DNA of 64,000 nt from Balanoglossus misakiensis (GCA_040954595.2 CM082592.2:2669462-2733461); one strand, 5' to 3'; positions 9,800 through 24,683 are shown, counted from the stretch's first letter. Notes: a model not told the origin generated them from the letters alone. Program-made: numbers and translations.

Positions 9800-12700
9800 T
9801 TTGTTATTGACAAGAAAGTAGCCCATTTATGACCATTTACCCCTCCATGACCTTTATCCCCATTCTGTTCGTAGGTATGAATCTATCAGTCTGATGAAAA
9901 ACTCTACAAAAACTGAAGTCAATGAATCATGCACTGAATTACAAACTTTTTCAAGCAATGTTTGACGAACATTTCTTGTACCAAAATGCTGAATTTAAAC
10001 AACCCAATATCACTGGAGGTACAAGGAGGCAAGGTCATATAAGGGTATGAACGCAATCTATTACACACAATCATCCATCTATTGCGAATGTAAAAAAAAA
10101 ATAGAAGACACGAGAAGCATTTGTTATTATATATATTTTTTTATTTTTGTGGTTTCCACATTCTTAAATGATCTTCTGTATTGTAAAGTTGCAATATGTG
10201 TATAGATATTGCCAAGAGAAAGCCATATACAGTAATGACAGATTTCACTTTTGACAAAATCATACACCTAGGCTAATCAAAAGCCAGATCAAATACACCA
10301 CACCTCATAAATAATACAAGACTAGGATAATTAGGATACATGTATGTTCTACAGAATACACCTTTTGTATCTATACTGTACTGTATTCTTTGTATAAGCT
10401 TAGTATAATTCTGTACTGTATCTTCGTAACGGCCCAGGACAATTCGAAGGGAAATAGAAGAAATCGTAATCACATGGGTTTAGGATGAAGATGAACTTGT
10501 CTGTCCTCAAAGTAAACCCTTCCACCCCCAAAATTAATGGTTCAACTGTATTGTTTACATTGGTGACATTCAACATATGTGGAGAGCATTGGGGGTGAAA
10601 GGGTTATAGTGACAATCATTGAAGGGGCCACAAAAATAATACCATCAATAAAAAGTGCAAAATTTATAGAAAGACAAAAAATATTGGCAGTGACGGAGAG
10701 AAAGTGTGGAATAAATGCCCCTTGGAAAAGTGTATTATTATTACAGTAAAAAAGTCGGTGTGATATAGTTGATCTGTGTTCTTCTGATACATTTGGTCTA
10801 TCGTGTAACCAACTATCTGTAGAAGAAACAACTAAAAAGCAACTAGGATAAAAGATCAAAATCAAAACGAAAATTAGAAGTGGATGAATTGAAGACTCGG
10901 GCTACCTTAAAAATCACTAACACAACGCAGTACTCTCTACCTGATGTGAAATTACTTCGTTCATAGTTTTTAACTTACAATAGTCATTTTAATATGATCT
11001 GCTGTATTTGGGTCAATATATGTACATATTAAGATTATTTTGTACAATTGAAGTGTAAAAATTTCAAGCTCAAGGAACTGTTACCTTATTTTCTTTTAAA
11101 ATATCACAAGAGTATGGTCACCATTCAGTCATTTGGATAACAGATGAAGTTATTACTCATTCAAACTACATCTTTTTTTTTCAATGTATAAAAATTTACC
11201 CGTGTTCATTCTGAGTGACTTAAAAGGTAGCGTGAATCAACATATAGCAGTAAGATAGACTGAAAAGTGTTCCCATAAGTTTTCTTGTCAAAATTGTCTG
11301 TACATTTATTTTTGTGATAAAACCTTTGGTCAGTAAAAACCACAATGTCTTTTTGTATAGATAAGATACTGTAAAATCAAGAAATGTTCGACTACTTGTC
11401 TCTACCAAACACTGTCACTAGGAAGTCTCTATAATTGGCATTCTGTAAGTAAACCCTCTCACCTATGTGCTACGTTCAAATATACTGACAATCAACAACA
11501 TAGCGCCCTCAAACCGCTATGTCATAGTCACCAAACCAAGGCATTTACAGTTTTGCTTCAAATGAAAGAAATAAAGTAAAACAGACAAGGGAAAAATAGA
11601 AATTATATATTCCCTGATTTTTGATCAGGGGATTTTTTAAATCCTTTCTTTAAAAGTTTTACAAGGATGGATGCACTATGCATGCCAGCATTACACTGAC
11701 ATACACTGGCCAACAAACAAAAAATAAATTTTCATAAGTTAGCTAGTTCTTTGGAGAATACCTTCCTAGTGCAATGACTTTACTGGAAAATATTTATACA
11801 TTTCAATCTAACAACAGTCCTTTATAACACTACTATGTTCACTACTTCTATTACTTAATTACCTTAATTATTAATTAGCTAAAATAGTTAACAGTCACTA
11901 CATTTAAGGCTTACGTTTTATCATTATATAGTATAATACGCTGTCACATGTGGTTTTATCCAATACAGTTACAAAGCCCACGTAATGAGAGAGACAATGC
12001 CATCATCAGCTCATACCGTTTTCATTTTAGGAAACATAATTCTAACTTTCCCCAGATGATATATAGTACAGTAAATTATCTGATACAAACCACATTTACT
12101 TAGTACTGGTTACATTTCTTTTCGCCCCCTCAATTTTTTTGCAACTATGGTTTGGTGCTACAGCTTGTTTTTCAACTTGCATCGAATGGCCATGAGTATA
12201 ATCCCCCCTGGGAGTAGATAGTCTAGGACAGATAATTTCTAAGTTGCTCTGAGCAAACTGGTAGACTGCAAAGACCATTTTACAAAAATAACTATTGACT
12301 TGGAGTCATATTAGTACATTTTCTCTAAAGGTTTACTCCCAGGACCTACACATCGTGATGAGTTTGATGTGAAATACCCAAGCCCAGTTTCAAACATGAT
12401 TGCATCACGAAACGTCTACACCCTAAAAGTACCACACAATACTTGTACCTATGTATAAATTCCTTTACATGGAAGGTTATTCAAGTTTTAGAACACAAGC
12501 TTTGGGTACCCTGATTTCCGGTGCTTGATTTATTTGTCAAAAAAAAAGGAGTAATATTGAATAAAAATTCCATTCTGCATCCGCTGTCCTATGTTTTAAA
12601 TCCTAAAAAAAATTTGCTTGGAGTCGACGCAGCGCAACTCCAGCCAGGATCTACATCCACCACTGTGGAATTCAAGATGGATGGCACTGTCTCTTGGTTA

Positions 12701-13347
12701 CCGTGGATACTGTGATACAAACAATCAGCACAGGCACTGACACTCATGGAGACAACAAAACACAAACAAATAACTAACAGCATGTGTGGCAGAGAAAACT
12801 GCCCACTTTCAGTACATGAGGAAAAGGACACAAGCCACCATTATCACTAGTCATTTCACACAAAAGCATCATAATTGTGCATAAAATTACAGATCTTCAC
12901 AGAGCAATATTCATCCAAAGAGAAACATGGTTCAAAGCATTAACACTGGAAAAGTTCACAACACAATTTTTATTTTATTACAAGTCCCTGAAGGAATTAT
13001 GACACATTTTTTTTTCTCTCGAAATATTAGCACATAATCATATCTGCAGAGTTACCCGTCAAATTCTTGAATTTTTTGCATCCATAATAAAGGCAGTTCA
13101 ACTTTAACCACTCTGGAATTAAAGAACATCGTTTATAGAGGATTGTTTGACATTGGAGATAAGGAGCATCAAAATTTCGTTGGCATGTTCATTAAGTTGC
13201 TGGTTCTCATTGGCTGGCTGTAATATCAGGACCTTGCGGAAGCCTGTGATTGGCTACTCCCCACCAAAACCAGGCCCTGGTTGAATTTCATGACCAATAC
13301 TCATCTGGATTGAGTGACTTCACGAAAAACTGAGCAAAACTTAAAAA
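9800..13347 (-). other. Putative non-coding terminal exon / 3' UTR of musashi
   Basis: Acceptor-like CTGTTCTTTGCAG ending at 13348; tandem AATAAA (12969-12979) followed by a GU-rich tract; U-rich minus-strand composition; clustered (G/A)UAGU motifs. Boundaries, especially the distal end, are inferred only. Confidence 0.3.
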
Positions 13348-16300
13348 CTGCAAAGAACAGCTTTGTCAAACAAATCTTCAGTTCCTCTATATATTTTTTG
13401 GTGAAAATAATTAGAATTTGGCCACCGATTGAGACAAAGTGAGTTGGTGTTGTAAAGTAGTACTGATATAAAATAAATATTGCAGCGGAAAATTGGACTG
13501 CTTAGAGATTGTAACGGTATCGGTTGTCAGCCATTGAGCTGACACACAAATTTGCTTGCGTGCCTGATAACACTACCCTACATGTAGCTACTTGCTAATA
13601 CAGGTATATGCTCATTTTCTGGGCTATCAATGCTTAACGTATCCATGAGTATCAGTACAGGTTGTGTTGTATATCGGACTATTTAAGTATGCCTTTGCCG
13701 TTTACTAACAAAACTCAATACAGATAAGAAACACCTACAGATTGTATAAGTCTGCTTCACTCAAAAAAGTAAACCGGTCACAACAAACATCCAAAATGTT
13801 TGCATTTTTTAAGTACTCCGCAATATAGCGCGTCACATGAAGCACTGGGTGTTTTCCTAAACATATACTTTTAAAACAGCATAGATATATTTAAAAATTT
13901 ACATAGTTACATCCTGTCACAGTCAAGGTTTTTTTTTCTTCATAGGGACTGAGACTTTACATTTTGTGTGTTTGTTTGTTTGTTTATATATAAAGCCCTT
14001 GTAATTGAAGCTTTAAGGTTTCAAAATATACAGCTTCATTTGTGGAGGCTTCATCACTTGCTACCTATCTTACAAAACTACATTGGATAACATAAGTAGT
14101 ATATTGTTAAAAAGGTGGCTGTACGGATAAGACCATGTGTACAAAAAATAGAGAACCATTTCATTTCTTCAGGAATTCATGACATTTTTTTTAGGATTGT
14201 GAGAATTATAGTAATTTTCAAGTATTTAAAATTTTGGTAAAATTCAGAAGTCATCACTGTAGATGATCTCATTAACAAAGGACTTACATGTACTTAAAAC
14301 CTCTACCAGTAAAACCCAACGATAATAGAAAGTAATAAAAATGTTATTCAATAAACAGCCACAAAGACTGTAAAAACTAATGAAACACTGTTAGCTAAAA
14401 ATTATCCTTAACAACTACAATCTAAAATACAAAGAAAGTGAATTTAAATTCCTTATCATAACCACCCCTTATTATACACAATGTGAAAATTTTCTTGTGA
14501 AATCAAGACAAACAAAAATGATTACTATCTGAATGACAAATTGGAGGCAACAATATACACTTGTATTGTCTATTATATATATTGTGAAGAGACCAAATGG
14601 AATTGAAAAAATCAGTAGGCTGAAACCATATCCTTCTTGATTTGAGAGCTTTTTTAGCATTCACAAAGCAAACAATGATTGTACTCCACCAATTGTTAAG
14701 AACATGCATAAACTCATGAGTTAGTGAATAACCTGTCCCCCCTCAGTTCCAAGTGGAATGGACTCACCAAAGGCAAGCTCTTTACACAGGGAGTCTGAGA
14801 GGGGCATGGTTTAAAAGGAGCTTGTCTTTTCTCATTTTAAAAATGGGCTGATACATTTTTTTTCGTAGAAAAAAGGCAGTGAGCTGGCCAAACAGTGTAT
14901 CGATGTAAAAAGTCAAATGGTAGCAGTTGGACTTAGAAATTCCGAGCCTGCATTGCCCCATAGCCACCAGTACTGCTAAAACCAGCCTGTTGAGAGAGAG
15001 AAAAAAACATATGAAAAAATCACTTTGGCGCTTAATATACGGAGACATGGGGATGAAATGATTTGACTCTTGGATAGCTTGAGTTTTGTATATTATCAAA
15101 ACAGACAGAAAGATGTATCTGTCATGATCATCAACAGAGAATACTTGCCACTTCCAATAGCCATATCTCCTGTTGTTATAAGCACTACACCTGAAAACAT
15201 TCCTTTTGTGTCATTTTAATTTATATTTTATGTAATTCTCTATTAAATTTGAATGCAGTTTCTGTATCAAATATCCTTTTCAAAGCATTTTTCATGTGAC
15301 ACCTTTCCAAATATCAATTTAAAACCACTTTCCTTCCATATACATGTATCTCTGAAAGGGTTACTTAACCAAACAAATGAATCAAAGAATATTGGCATAA
15401 TACAATCAATCTCGAGAAATAATCGAAACACCATAATGTGATACCACAGAGAATGTAGGAAGGAGTCTGCCTTGTTTTCTGGCTACATACTTCTAACAAC
15501 AGGTTTTACTGAAAAACTGGAAAGAATGGACGTCATTCATTTGTTTCTGGATTGTCTACTGCAGTATAAAAGCCCAATCCTACCTTGCCATAAATTAGAA
15601 ATATTTTAATATTGGAAATCACAACTGTTGTCAAAAACACCACTGTTCACTGGATTGCCTAGCTTACTGAATTGATAAAAATATGAATATTTTTATCTTC
15701 TAAAAATATTTTCTTTACTAGCTGCAGTCTTTATCGAGAGGTATGCATTTTTGTTTATTTCTATAATGTCATGTACTTAAATTCTCACTTGCTGAATCTT
15801 TGTGACTTTAGAGTGAAAACATTGAAGAGTTAGAATTAAAGATATGTGACAAAATGGGATCTGTTTGGGATGAACAGTTATTGCTGTTTACTTTGATACA
15901 AAAATATGAATGGTATTTTTCTTTATGAATGTTTCACTTGCACTGGAAAAAACGTATGGAATGCGAATGCCAGTGGTGTTGCTGTCAAGTGAGGTATGAA
16001 GACAGAAAAGCACAAGACAACTTCTCAGTCTCAAATGAATTGAAAGCGAAACCCATTTACATTTTCCTTATTGGATTTGTTATAGCATTTAATTTTCAGG
16101 AACAATTTGATTTGGAACAATCTTCCTTTCAGACCATAATGTTGGCAATCAAATTGGAAAATCACCTCGGCAACTGAACATGTACAACTAAACATCTTGT
16201 GTGGTCAAACATAGATTTGTGTCCGCTTCCATACATTTTCTTTCTAATGTCGATTGTAAAAAATCAAATTCATCTTTTACTTTCAAGCTTCAGTTCAAAT

Positions 16301-19300
16301 TCATTGTTTTCACTGGCGGTGGTGGACAGACTTACATATACAGAGAAAGATGTGGTGAAAATCTAATCTGGTTTAGGACTGGGCTTGAATACTTAAGCAG
16401 AAGATAAGTGAAAATGGATGGCGTATGTTATGGTCTCACTTCGTAACAAGCACACCAACATGTCATATGGTTCATGTGCTTTTAAGGAAGCTTCCTGCAT
16501 CACCCACTCTGACATGATTGCATTTGCAAGTTTTGCTATATGATACTAGTTTCTATGACAACCAGAGACAAGTACCACATCAGAGCACCTCTTCGTTGAA
16601 AACTGTATAGCGCCCTCTTTTGGAGAGCTGCAACCGATGGCAAGAAATGCCTACATCCATTTCACAAGGAAAGTATATCTACATAGTTGTTTAGAGATTG
16701 AACAATATATGTTACTGACTATTGGATTACAAAATGAAGTATAATTAGACATTTTACATCATATAATTGTTTTTATGAATTAAGAAGTTTCTTTCAAAAG
16801 AGTCACAACAGTATTTTTACAACGACTGTACTGACAAGTCTTACTAGGAAGAGTGAGAATTACAATAATTGTTTAATTTTTCTACCACAACCAGTAATGA
16901 TGGACATTTAATTTAAAGCAAACCTCAGCTTGCTTCTAAGCAGTACAACTTGATCACTGGAAGAGTATCTCTCGCCTTCTGTGTAACTATATTAACAGCT
17001 GGATGGACATACATTTCCTTTTAATATATATTTAAATTGTTCATTTTCAGCATGATCGCTTATCTCAAAAGTTTATGCTTATATCGCATTGCTGTGTTCA
17101 GAATCAGATCCACATTTCTGATTTCAAAATTCTATCGCCATTTCTACGTTTTGAGATAAATGACGTTTAATTTCCTGTTTTGATTTGCACACTTTGTTCA
17201 TTTTAACAGTTTAATATTCGAACACTCTCAGAGAGGTAGTGGACTCATAGATGCCGTGGTCAGATATGCTTATTATGCTGTGTTTGTTGGGCCAATTTAT
17301 AACTTGCCTTGTATCACTATCAGGGGTTGGTGAGTGTAACAGTAATATGATTAGTGGAAATTTATATCTGACCACAAACTTCATCTATTAAAGCCACGCA
17401 TTTTTCTTTTCTTCTTTTAACCTTTTTTACGAGCAAGACTGAGCTGTTCTGTAGAACTTTGTTGGCAACAAGAAACTGCTGCACAACTGGTGGTAATGTT
17501 ATCTGTTGTACATTGGTTATTCTAAATAAAAGTGGTAAAATACTAATGAACTGACTCTCAACTCTGGTCCACCGCTGTGAACACCCTAACCATGTACATG
17601 TACATACCCAGCACAGAAATACGTATGTGAACAATTTGGTTGGTGCTATTTTAACACGACTATTTCTGTCACTTGTTTCAGTCCATAGAACACTACAACT
17701 GTACAGGTCTGATATTTTATACCAAACACAGCCAATATCCCGTATCATATACAAGTACAACTAGTATATTGATGTTACAAATACAGCAGTTTGATCGATC
17801 GTATTTGTGATTATAACAGTTGGAAATTGTCCCAAAACGACCTGAATGCGCATTCTAGTTATTCATGTGAAAATTTGGTTATGAATAAAATGTGCAGTTT
17901 ACATAAATCCACAAATTTTATTAATTTCGATTTCAAATTCTGTAATGGCCAACCATATTCACAGACTTTTTGTACTGATGTTTGTATAAAACTTTCCCAA
18001 CAACCAAGATGTAAATAATTCTCTTGTATAATTATGTACGTAGAATTAACTTCTCTGTAAGGTGGATTTTATCAAATACAATCAAGCAACATTCTTGATA
18101 GATGAACATACTGTATAATTGAGATGCTCAAATACTGAAAATTAAATTGAAGCTCACAGATTGTGTTTGCCCTGTCACATTAATCACGGTTCAAAAATGA
18201 AGTATTGTCTTGATTGGAAATGATTCAGAGCTTGATATATTTCATAAGACTTGGCGTTGCCCAGGCTGAAAATCAAATCAATTTTCATACTCATTGAAAA
18301 ACAAAAGTCGAACATCTGATTGTTCTGTTTTCCATGTGGTCAGAAAATATCATTAGAGAGAGAGTGTAAAATATTCATTCCCTGCTTTTTACATCAGACT
18401 ATTTTTTTTGGGGGGGGGGGGGGGGGCAGAGACGGTAGGTGGGAATGCGATTCACAATCTACCGACACAAAACTTGGCCACAGTTGTTGGCAGGAAATAC
18501 GCAGTTTTAGTTTTTGCTAAAAGATACCTCAACATACTAAATATTTGCAGACACACCTTTTAATACTTTGTTATCAAAAGAGAAGCACACAAACAGATGT
18601 GACATTATCTCTACAACATGTCACACTATGTGTGATGTAGCTAATCTCCCACCGAGAATTTCACTGACAGTCCGCTCTCTGCAAAGTAGCGTTGATAAAT
18701 TTTCGACATTGTTTAAGACACCTCTTTTGATGACTGATGGTGTAAAAATTAAACAGCTTTTCAAGTAGAACCAATTGATCTTGATTACTGGGACCATTCA
18801 TCAAACCTCAAGCCTTGCTTCCTGAACCGAACGTGAATGCCTAATTAATCCTTTGCCTACTTTCGGTCCTAGAATACTGCCAGCCAAATACATGTATGCT
18901 CACACTCATTCACAGCTTTCATCCAAAGCAAAACTCGATTATAAGTGTGAATGATATCTGTAGCCAGCTTGGGCTTGTCACTGGATAAATATGTTACTAT
19001 CCATGATTCTCCGGCGCATCATCCAAAGATTGATTTCTATTCCATAGTGTTGGGATTAACTGTCGGCCTCATTGGTATTCCAGAGTTGTCTGCTGGGACC
19101 TGTCATTATAGCACTTCCTGGGTGATCTCATTGAAGACCCAACTTGGGCTACTTCTACTTTATGATGACAAAGTGTTCATCATTTTCATTTGACACATCA
19201 CCTACATCTTAAACACAATACTTGACCCGACCTTATCTTTGCAGCGTCTCTGAATGCATTAAAAATACTTCTCATAAAGTCACTGACTGCATTTAATTTC

Positions 19301-19863
19301 CAAGATCAAAGCTTTCCTGTAATTTTGATTTATGTGTTTTGTTCCAGTTGTTGGTTCAAGCGTCTTTGTGTCGCATGTTGTTCACCGACCGACAGCACAG
19401 ATTGGTAATTTGACTGCACAAACAGCTGCAATAAAAACCTATCTTGCCAACAGCTATCACTTGAAATAGCCCATAGAGAGCAATTGAGTCTTGTGTTCTA
19501 CAACATACTAATTAGAAAATCACAAATACTCTAAGTACTGACATCAGGTTGAGCTTTCAGACCCAAGGTGACCTATAACCCTGTAAAATGTTTCTTGCTT
19601 TGTTTTTATCTTGTCTGCCATAATTTCATTTGATCTCAGAAACACCAGCTTGCTGTGTAGGACTAGTATGGCTATAACTGTGCTCAGAAAAACCACTGTC
19701 CTACAGAAAATCAGCTCATAGGAAAGTACCAAGTCAAATATTGACTGATTTTGGCATTATTAGAAATTTGATATATTTTGATGGGTTTCATAATATTTTA
19801 ACTGTCTCAGAGCCCGAGCATGAAGATGATAATTTTGAGAGTATAATTGTCAAACAGATACAT

Positions 19864-19909
19864 TAGTTTTGGAAGCAAAGCGGACAAAATACGGATAGAT
19901 ACTAGGCTA
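19864..19909. mobile_element. Half copy of the TAGYCTAGTA palindromic MITE
   Basis: TAGTTTTGGAAGCAAAGCGGACAAAATACGG-TAGATACTAGGCTA is nearly identical to the right arm of 20513-20608. Confidence 0.75.
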
Positions 19910-20512
19910 ACATTGGCACAATCCCATTGCTCTCTATCTAGTTTTAGTATTCCTCTGTTGGTCATTACTACATGGCCTTGTTTGTTGGCCAAGTGAAGGT
20001 CAAGGCCAAGTATTTTCTAGCTATTTGTGCTGTTATGTTGGTTAGTTGGAATCTGTCTAACTGTCAATTCATGGTAGTATTGTGTCAACATTAAATATTT
20101 CAGCGCCCACCCCCTATTTTGAAAAATAGAAGCCAACAAGTTATATGAAGAAAATGAAAGAAAAAAGTTGTCCCTTTGTGGGAAATCGAGTTCAGCTGGC
20201 TGATCGATGATGTAGCAAGTTTGAAGAGAAATATAATTTACAAACTTTTGACCAACAGTAAAATAATGCAGAAAGCTGGTTGTCATTATAGACTGTTCCA
20301 ATCTGTGTTATGTTATCTGGTTTAATAGACACTGGTCAGTTTCTCTGACAGGAGGGTGTCAGTCAGATGTCGGAGATTCCTATAATTCAACAGTAAAAAA
20401 TGTCTGGTTGTAGTACAAAGAGACAAACATACTGCGGATAGATCATTGAGGGACAACTTTGACCAGTTGAAGGGTCAACGGTTTGGGACTGCTCAGGGGT
20501 CAGTCTTTGAAC

Positions 20513-20608
20513 TAGTCTAGTATCTAGCCGTATTTTGTCCGCTTTGCTTCCAAAACTTAGTCTAGTTTTGGAAGCAAAGCGGACAAAATACGGCTAGATA
20601 CTAGGCTA
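20513..20608. mobile_element. 96-bp palindromic MITE
   Basis: TAGTCTAGTATCTAGCCGTATTTTGTCCGCTTTGCTTCCAAAACT, a short spacer, then its reverse complement. Related copies at 19864-19909 and ~39440-39522. Confidence 0.8.
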
Positions 20609-22893
20609 TCTCTGAACAAACTAGTAACTTGTTTTATTTTCCTCTCAAAGTATTTGCAGTGGCATGGTGTATGTTCACATGCTGGTCTGCAGTGACATCA
20701 CTATAGTCACATAACTCATTGCATTGGAAAGGCTTTCCTTAAAATATCCACATGAACCAAATCCATTGCGTCCGTATACTTGTATTGGTGAACTAAATGG
20801 TGGTGGTGTGAAGTGTTTGACCTCGCCTGTGTGCCACCGTTATCACAAACAGATGCGACAGACTTGGCATCCGCCATTTTGCATTATTTGAGGTCATCCA
20901 AACATGCTGGTGTTATTTTTTCTACAGTGACTGTATTCACTATTTATTTCCAGGAACACGCCTTTATTACTTTTCTCAGAAAACTGACATGCCCTGATGT
21001 TGCAGTGTTGCAGGCATTAATGGAGTCACCTTTCTCATGATGGATCCTTAAAATAGTAGACTTTATCATTTATTCATTCTGCGTTATGGTTAGAGAGGGG
21101 ACGGTCCATAAAAAAACATTAATTCACAATGAAAATGACAATTTTGGTGAATATTTATTTTAACAGAATGAAGTTGGATTATTTGGCATATTATACGTCT
21201 TATTACTTGCTTGCTTCAAGCAACTTTTACAGATTGAAGACGATATTATTGAAAATTACTTATTGATTGGTTGGATTGGTTACGAAGAAAAATTCTTGGT
21301 TTTGCAATTGGTTGAGTTTATAGGAGAAAGAAAATAGCCAGGCTGAATAATCATAAAAGCTAAATTGATACAGTTTTTGTGGTACATGAGATCAGTATTC
21401 TCAGAATTTAATTACACAGCCCGGGTTGATGTGTTTCTCGGAAGAACTGGGGACATTCTGAAATTTTGAAACAGTTTACGGAAAATGATTTTTTTCCCTG
21501 GAGAGTAATGGTCCTTTAGCCATCAATGGTATTAAATTATATTATCAAGTATTATGAAGAATTTTAGTAGATTTGCAATGAGTCTTACTTTTAAGCTCAA
21601 ATTTTCAAAGAATATGGTTGGACAATTCCTGGATGGTTTTAGAATGAGTGACTTTGAGTGAACAGACACAGCAGCAGTGTGCAAATATCAGTCGATTTTC
21701 AATGTTGTACAGTGTTTAGCATGAGATGATTTGTCAATTTTGTAGATGACACATAATGCCTCGGATGTTCTGTAATTTGTACACATTAGTCTTGGTAGAT
21801 TAAAGACATCGGCAGTTATTTTCATCCAGTCTTGTTGGTTGCATGGCGATGGTATCATAGCAATCTGTTTTGAATGGCCACCAAGAGATCATTTAAAGCA
21901 ACCACAAGTTCTCACTCAGTTGACACCTGTACTATGCGATGATTTGTGATCTGTTTATTGATTTCTTTAAATGGATATTCACCTCCTGGGAATTTCTGGC
22001 ACTTCTCCATGCTTGGCTTCACACCCATTCATTGCAATGATAAACTATACTCACTGGATTTTTCTCAACCACAGTCTAAATCGCTGATAAGTGTCATAAG
22101 CAAAAAATCTATTCTGTGTTATTTTGAAATGTCCCTATCATGCCTGTATTAAGATTTTTCAGTAAAGTCTCCAAACTCCAACCAGTCTTTCATAAACCAC
22201 TATAGAAAATTAAGCCAATGATTGCAATTTCCGCCCCAATCAATTAACATATTAATTTTGACCAGATTTTTCTGATTAGTTGAAACTTTAAATGGCCTAT
22301 AAGTGATCCTGTCAGATTCAAAAACATGGTTATTGAGCAATCACGAACCTCTTGAGGACTAGCTCGTTATCAACTATTATTAATTAAAAATTATCCTCAA
22401 TAATTTCTCTATTTGACAGTGCAATTTGGACTTGATCATCGACATTGACCATAGCACTAAAATATGATTCATATTCAGTTCATTATTCTAATATTTTTAT
22501 AATTCTGAGCTACATATATCAGCATGAAGTTAAAATTAAACCAATGTCAGCAAACTTTTTTTTGCTTCTCATAAATATCATGCCATTTGGGTTTAAAATC
22601 CCATCTCAACCAAAAAGAGTAAGCCAAGCCTCCCTTACATTTTTTATCCATAAAAATTTATGAATAACTCATAAATGTTTATTTCTGTCTTACAGTTATT
22701 TCTAGCTGTCATCTGGAAAATCTGGTTGATGGTGACACAAGAGCATTTTCAATGTAAACGCTTTGAGAATAGTTATTTTCCCCCCAAGATAATTCTACGT
22801 AAGAAACTGAAAAAGAAATAATAAAGTATAAAACTGTTCTAAACACTATTCAGCATATACCTGTATTACTCATGGTTATTTCATAACAAACTA

Positions 22894-23293
22894 CCGTAAT
22901 CACTCTATCAGTTCGACCACTCCATTAATTCAACCACCCACTATTCTTTGGAAAATTAATTATTTTATAACCTTCAATTGTTTGACCACTGATTAAATGC
23001 ATGTGTTGATATTGTGTATTTTTTATGAAGATATCTGCAACTTTGACCTTCCAAGATATTCAGAACTCACTGATTTTATTCTGTGTGACCTTTAACAGTT
23101 CAATTCTATCATAAATATCATCTAAACTACATGCTGATAGTGCATACAGTTCATGCCATGCAAACATGCCCCCCTGAAAAATTATTCAAGCACTTTGAGT
23201 GGAAATTTTGTTGTTGTTATTTTTATTCCATTAGTTTGACTTTTCACAAATCATATTTATTTTTTTGTGGTCGAACTGATAGAGTGATTACGG
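22894..23293. mobile_element. Tc1/mariner-superfamily (pogo/Tigger-like) MITE
   Basis: Perfect 27-bp TIRs CCGTAATCACTCTATCAGTTCGACCAC with TA on both sides (22892-22893, 23294-23295). Confidence 0.8.
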
Positions 23294-24683
23294 TAGTTTC
23301 AATACTGGTAACTGTCTACCTTCTTCGTAAGTAAATTTTAAGAAGAATTTTAATAAAACTGCTATATTAATATATGTTCAATAACATCATTCATAGTTTA
23401 AGAAAAGACAGCTGACCCGGTTTTGCTAGTGACCGAACAGCTCAAAACATTGGCTAAAATCTTCAAAGCTTGTTAACATATTTAAAAAAAATTCAAATCT
23501 TCTCAGATGACAACATAAAATGCGTTCACACTTGCAGAAAAATAGTAAAAATATTCGTACGGAAGAAAGTTTGCAATATGAATTAAATTCTAGTTGGTTT
23601 TATGTAATAGTGCATATTGACTGCACTGCGACCAGCATTTCAATCTTGCTATTCAGTTCTCCTATTAATACAATGTTGTGATGAATGCTTGTACTGCATT
23701 AATCCAAAGATTATACTGGAGACCATATTCTTGGAGTCGGGTAATTCCAATATTTGAATTTTTCTGCATAATTGTTTTTTATAAATTAAAAACTTGAGGA
23801 AACGCTTCTCATGGGATAGATATAAATAACCCATGTGGGTTATAATACTGTTGAATGGTTCAAAGCCTTGTGTTCAATTTGCAAATGTATCTCCAGAGAC
23901 TTGTAAGCATCGCATGTCGGCAATGAGTGATGACAGCTGAGCTTCGGTACTGGGGCTCTAAACGACAAGTGACATAAGCTGTTCCAAAATCACACATAAC
24001 AGAGCAGAAAATACTGATAGTAATCTCTTAATATAGGGGCTACACTTCACTTCATGACTTTTACATGTGGCAGTAATTGGTCAGTGAGTTTTACAATGTG
24101 CTTTAGCAATAAACACGGTGGCAGCCATTGAACACTTTGTTTTGTGCGCCTAATAGCCAGGGTTACTTCGGGAGAAAAAATGTCCATTAGTCCACAGCAT
24201 CACAGTTTATAGAAGGTGCACAAGTTTTCAATTACTTGACATATCGAGGTTAGCATCATCAGATTTAGCCACAATTAAGTCACAACGACTGGACAGAGGT
24301 TAATTGAAAGCATGATCTCAAATGAGATGGGCATTTTGTAGTCTGACCTGGATTCGCACAATATCCTTGCTGATGGAGATTTATATGTTAGTCCTAATGT
24401 GGCCTGTAAATTCCCTACAGATTTGCCAGTTATCAATTTGTTATGTTCACACACTGTTAAATAGATGCCATGAGAGCACATTATTTTTTTTTCTAAAAGG
24501 GAAACTGTGATTTTCAATAGCTCGCAAAACAAACAGTTTAGAGAGAGACTGTTACAAGCTTTAATACACGATTCTCCAGACCACAGATTGAAAAAGTCAT
24601 GAAATGTGTGCGGTTCCTATATTCGATAGAGGGTTGTTAGAAGTTGATGTCTGTACCTCTTTTAGCTTAGGTTGCCAAGCAGC

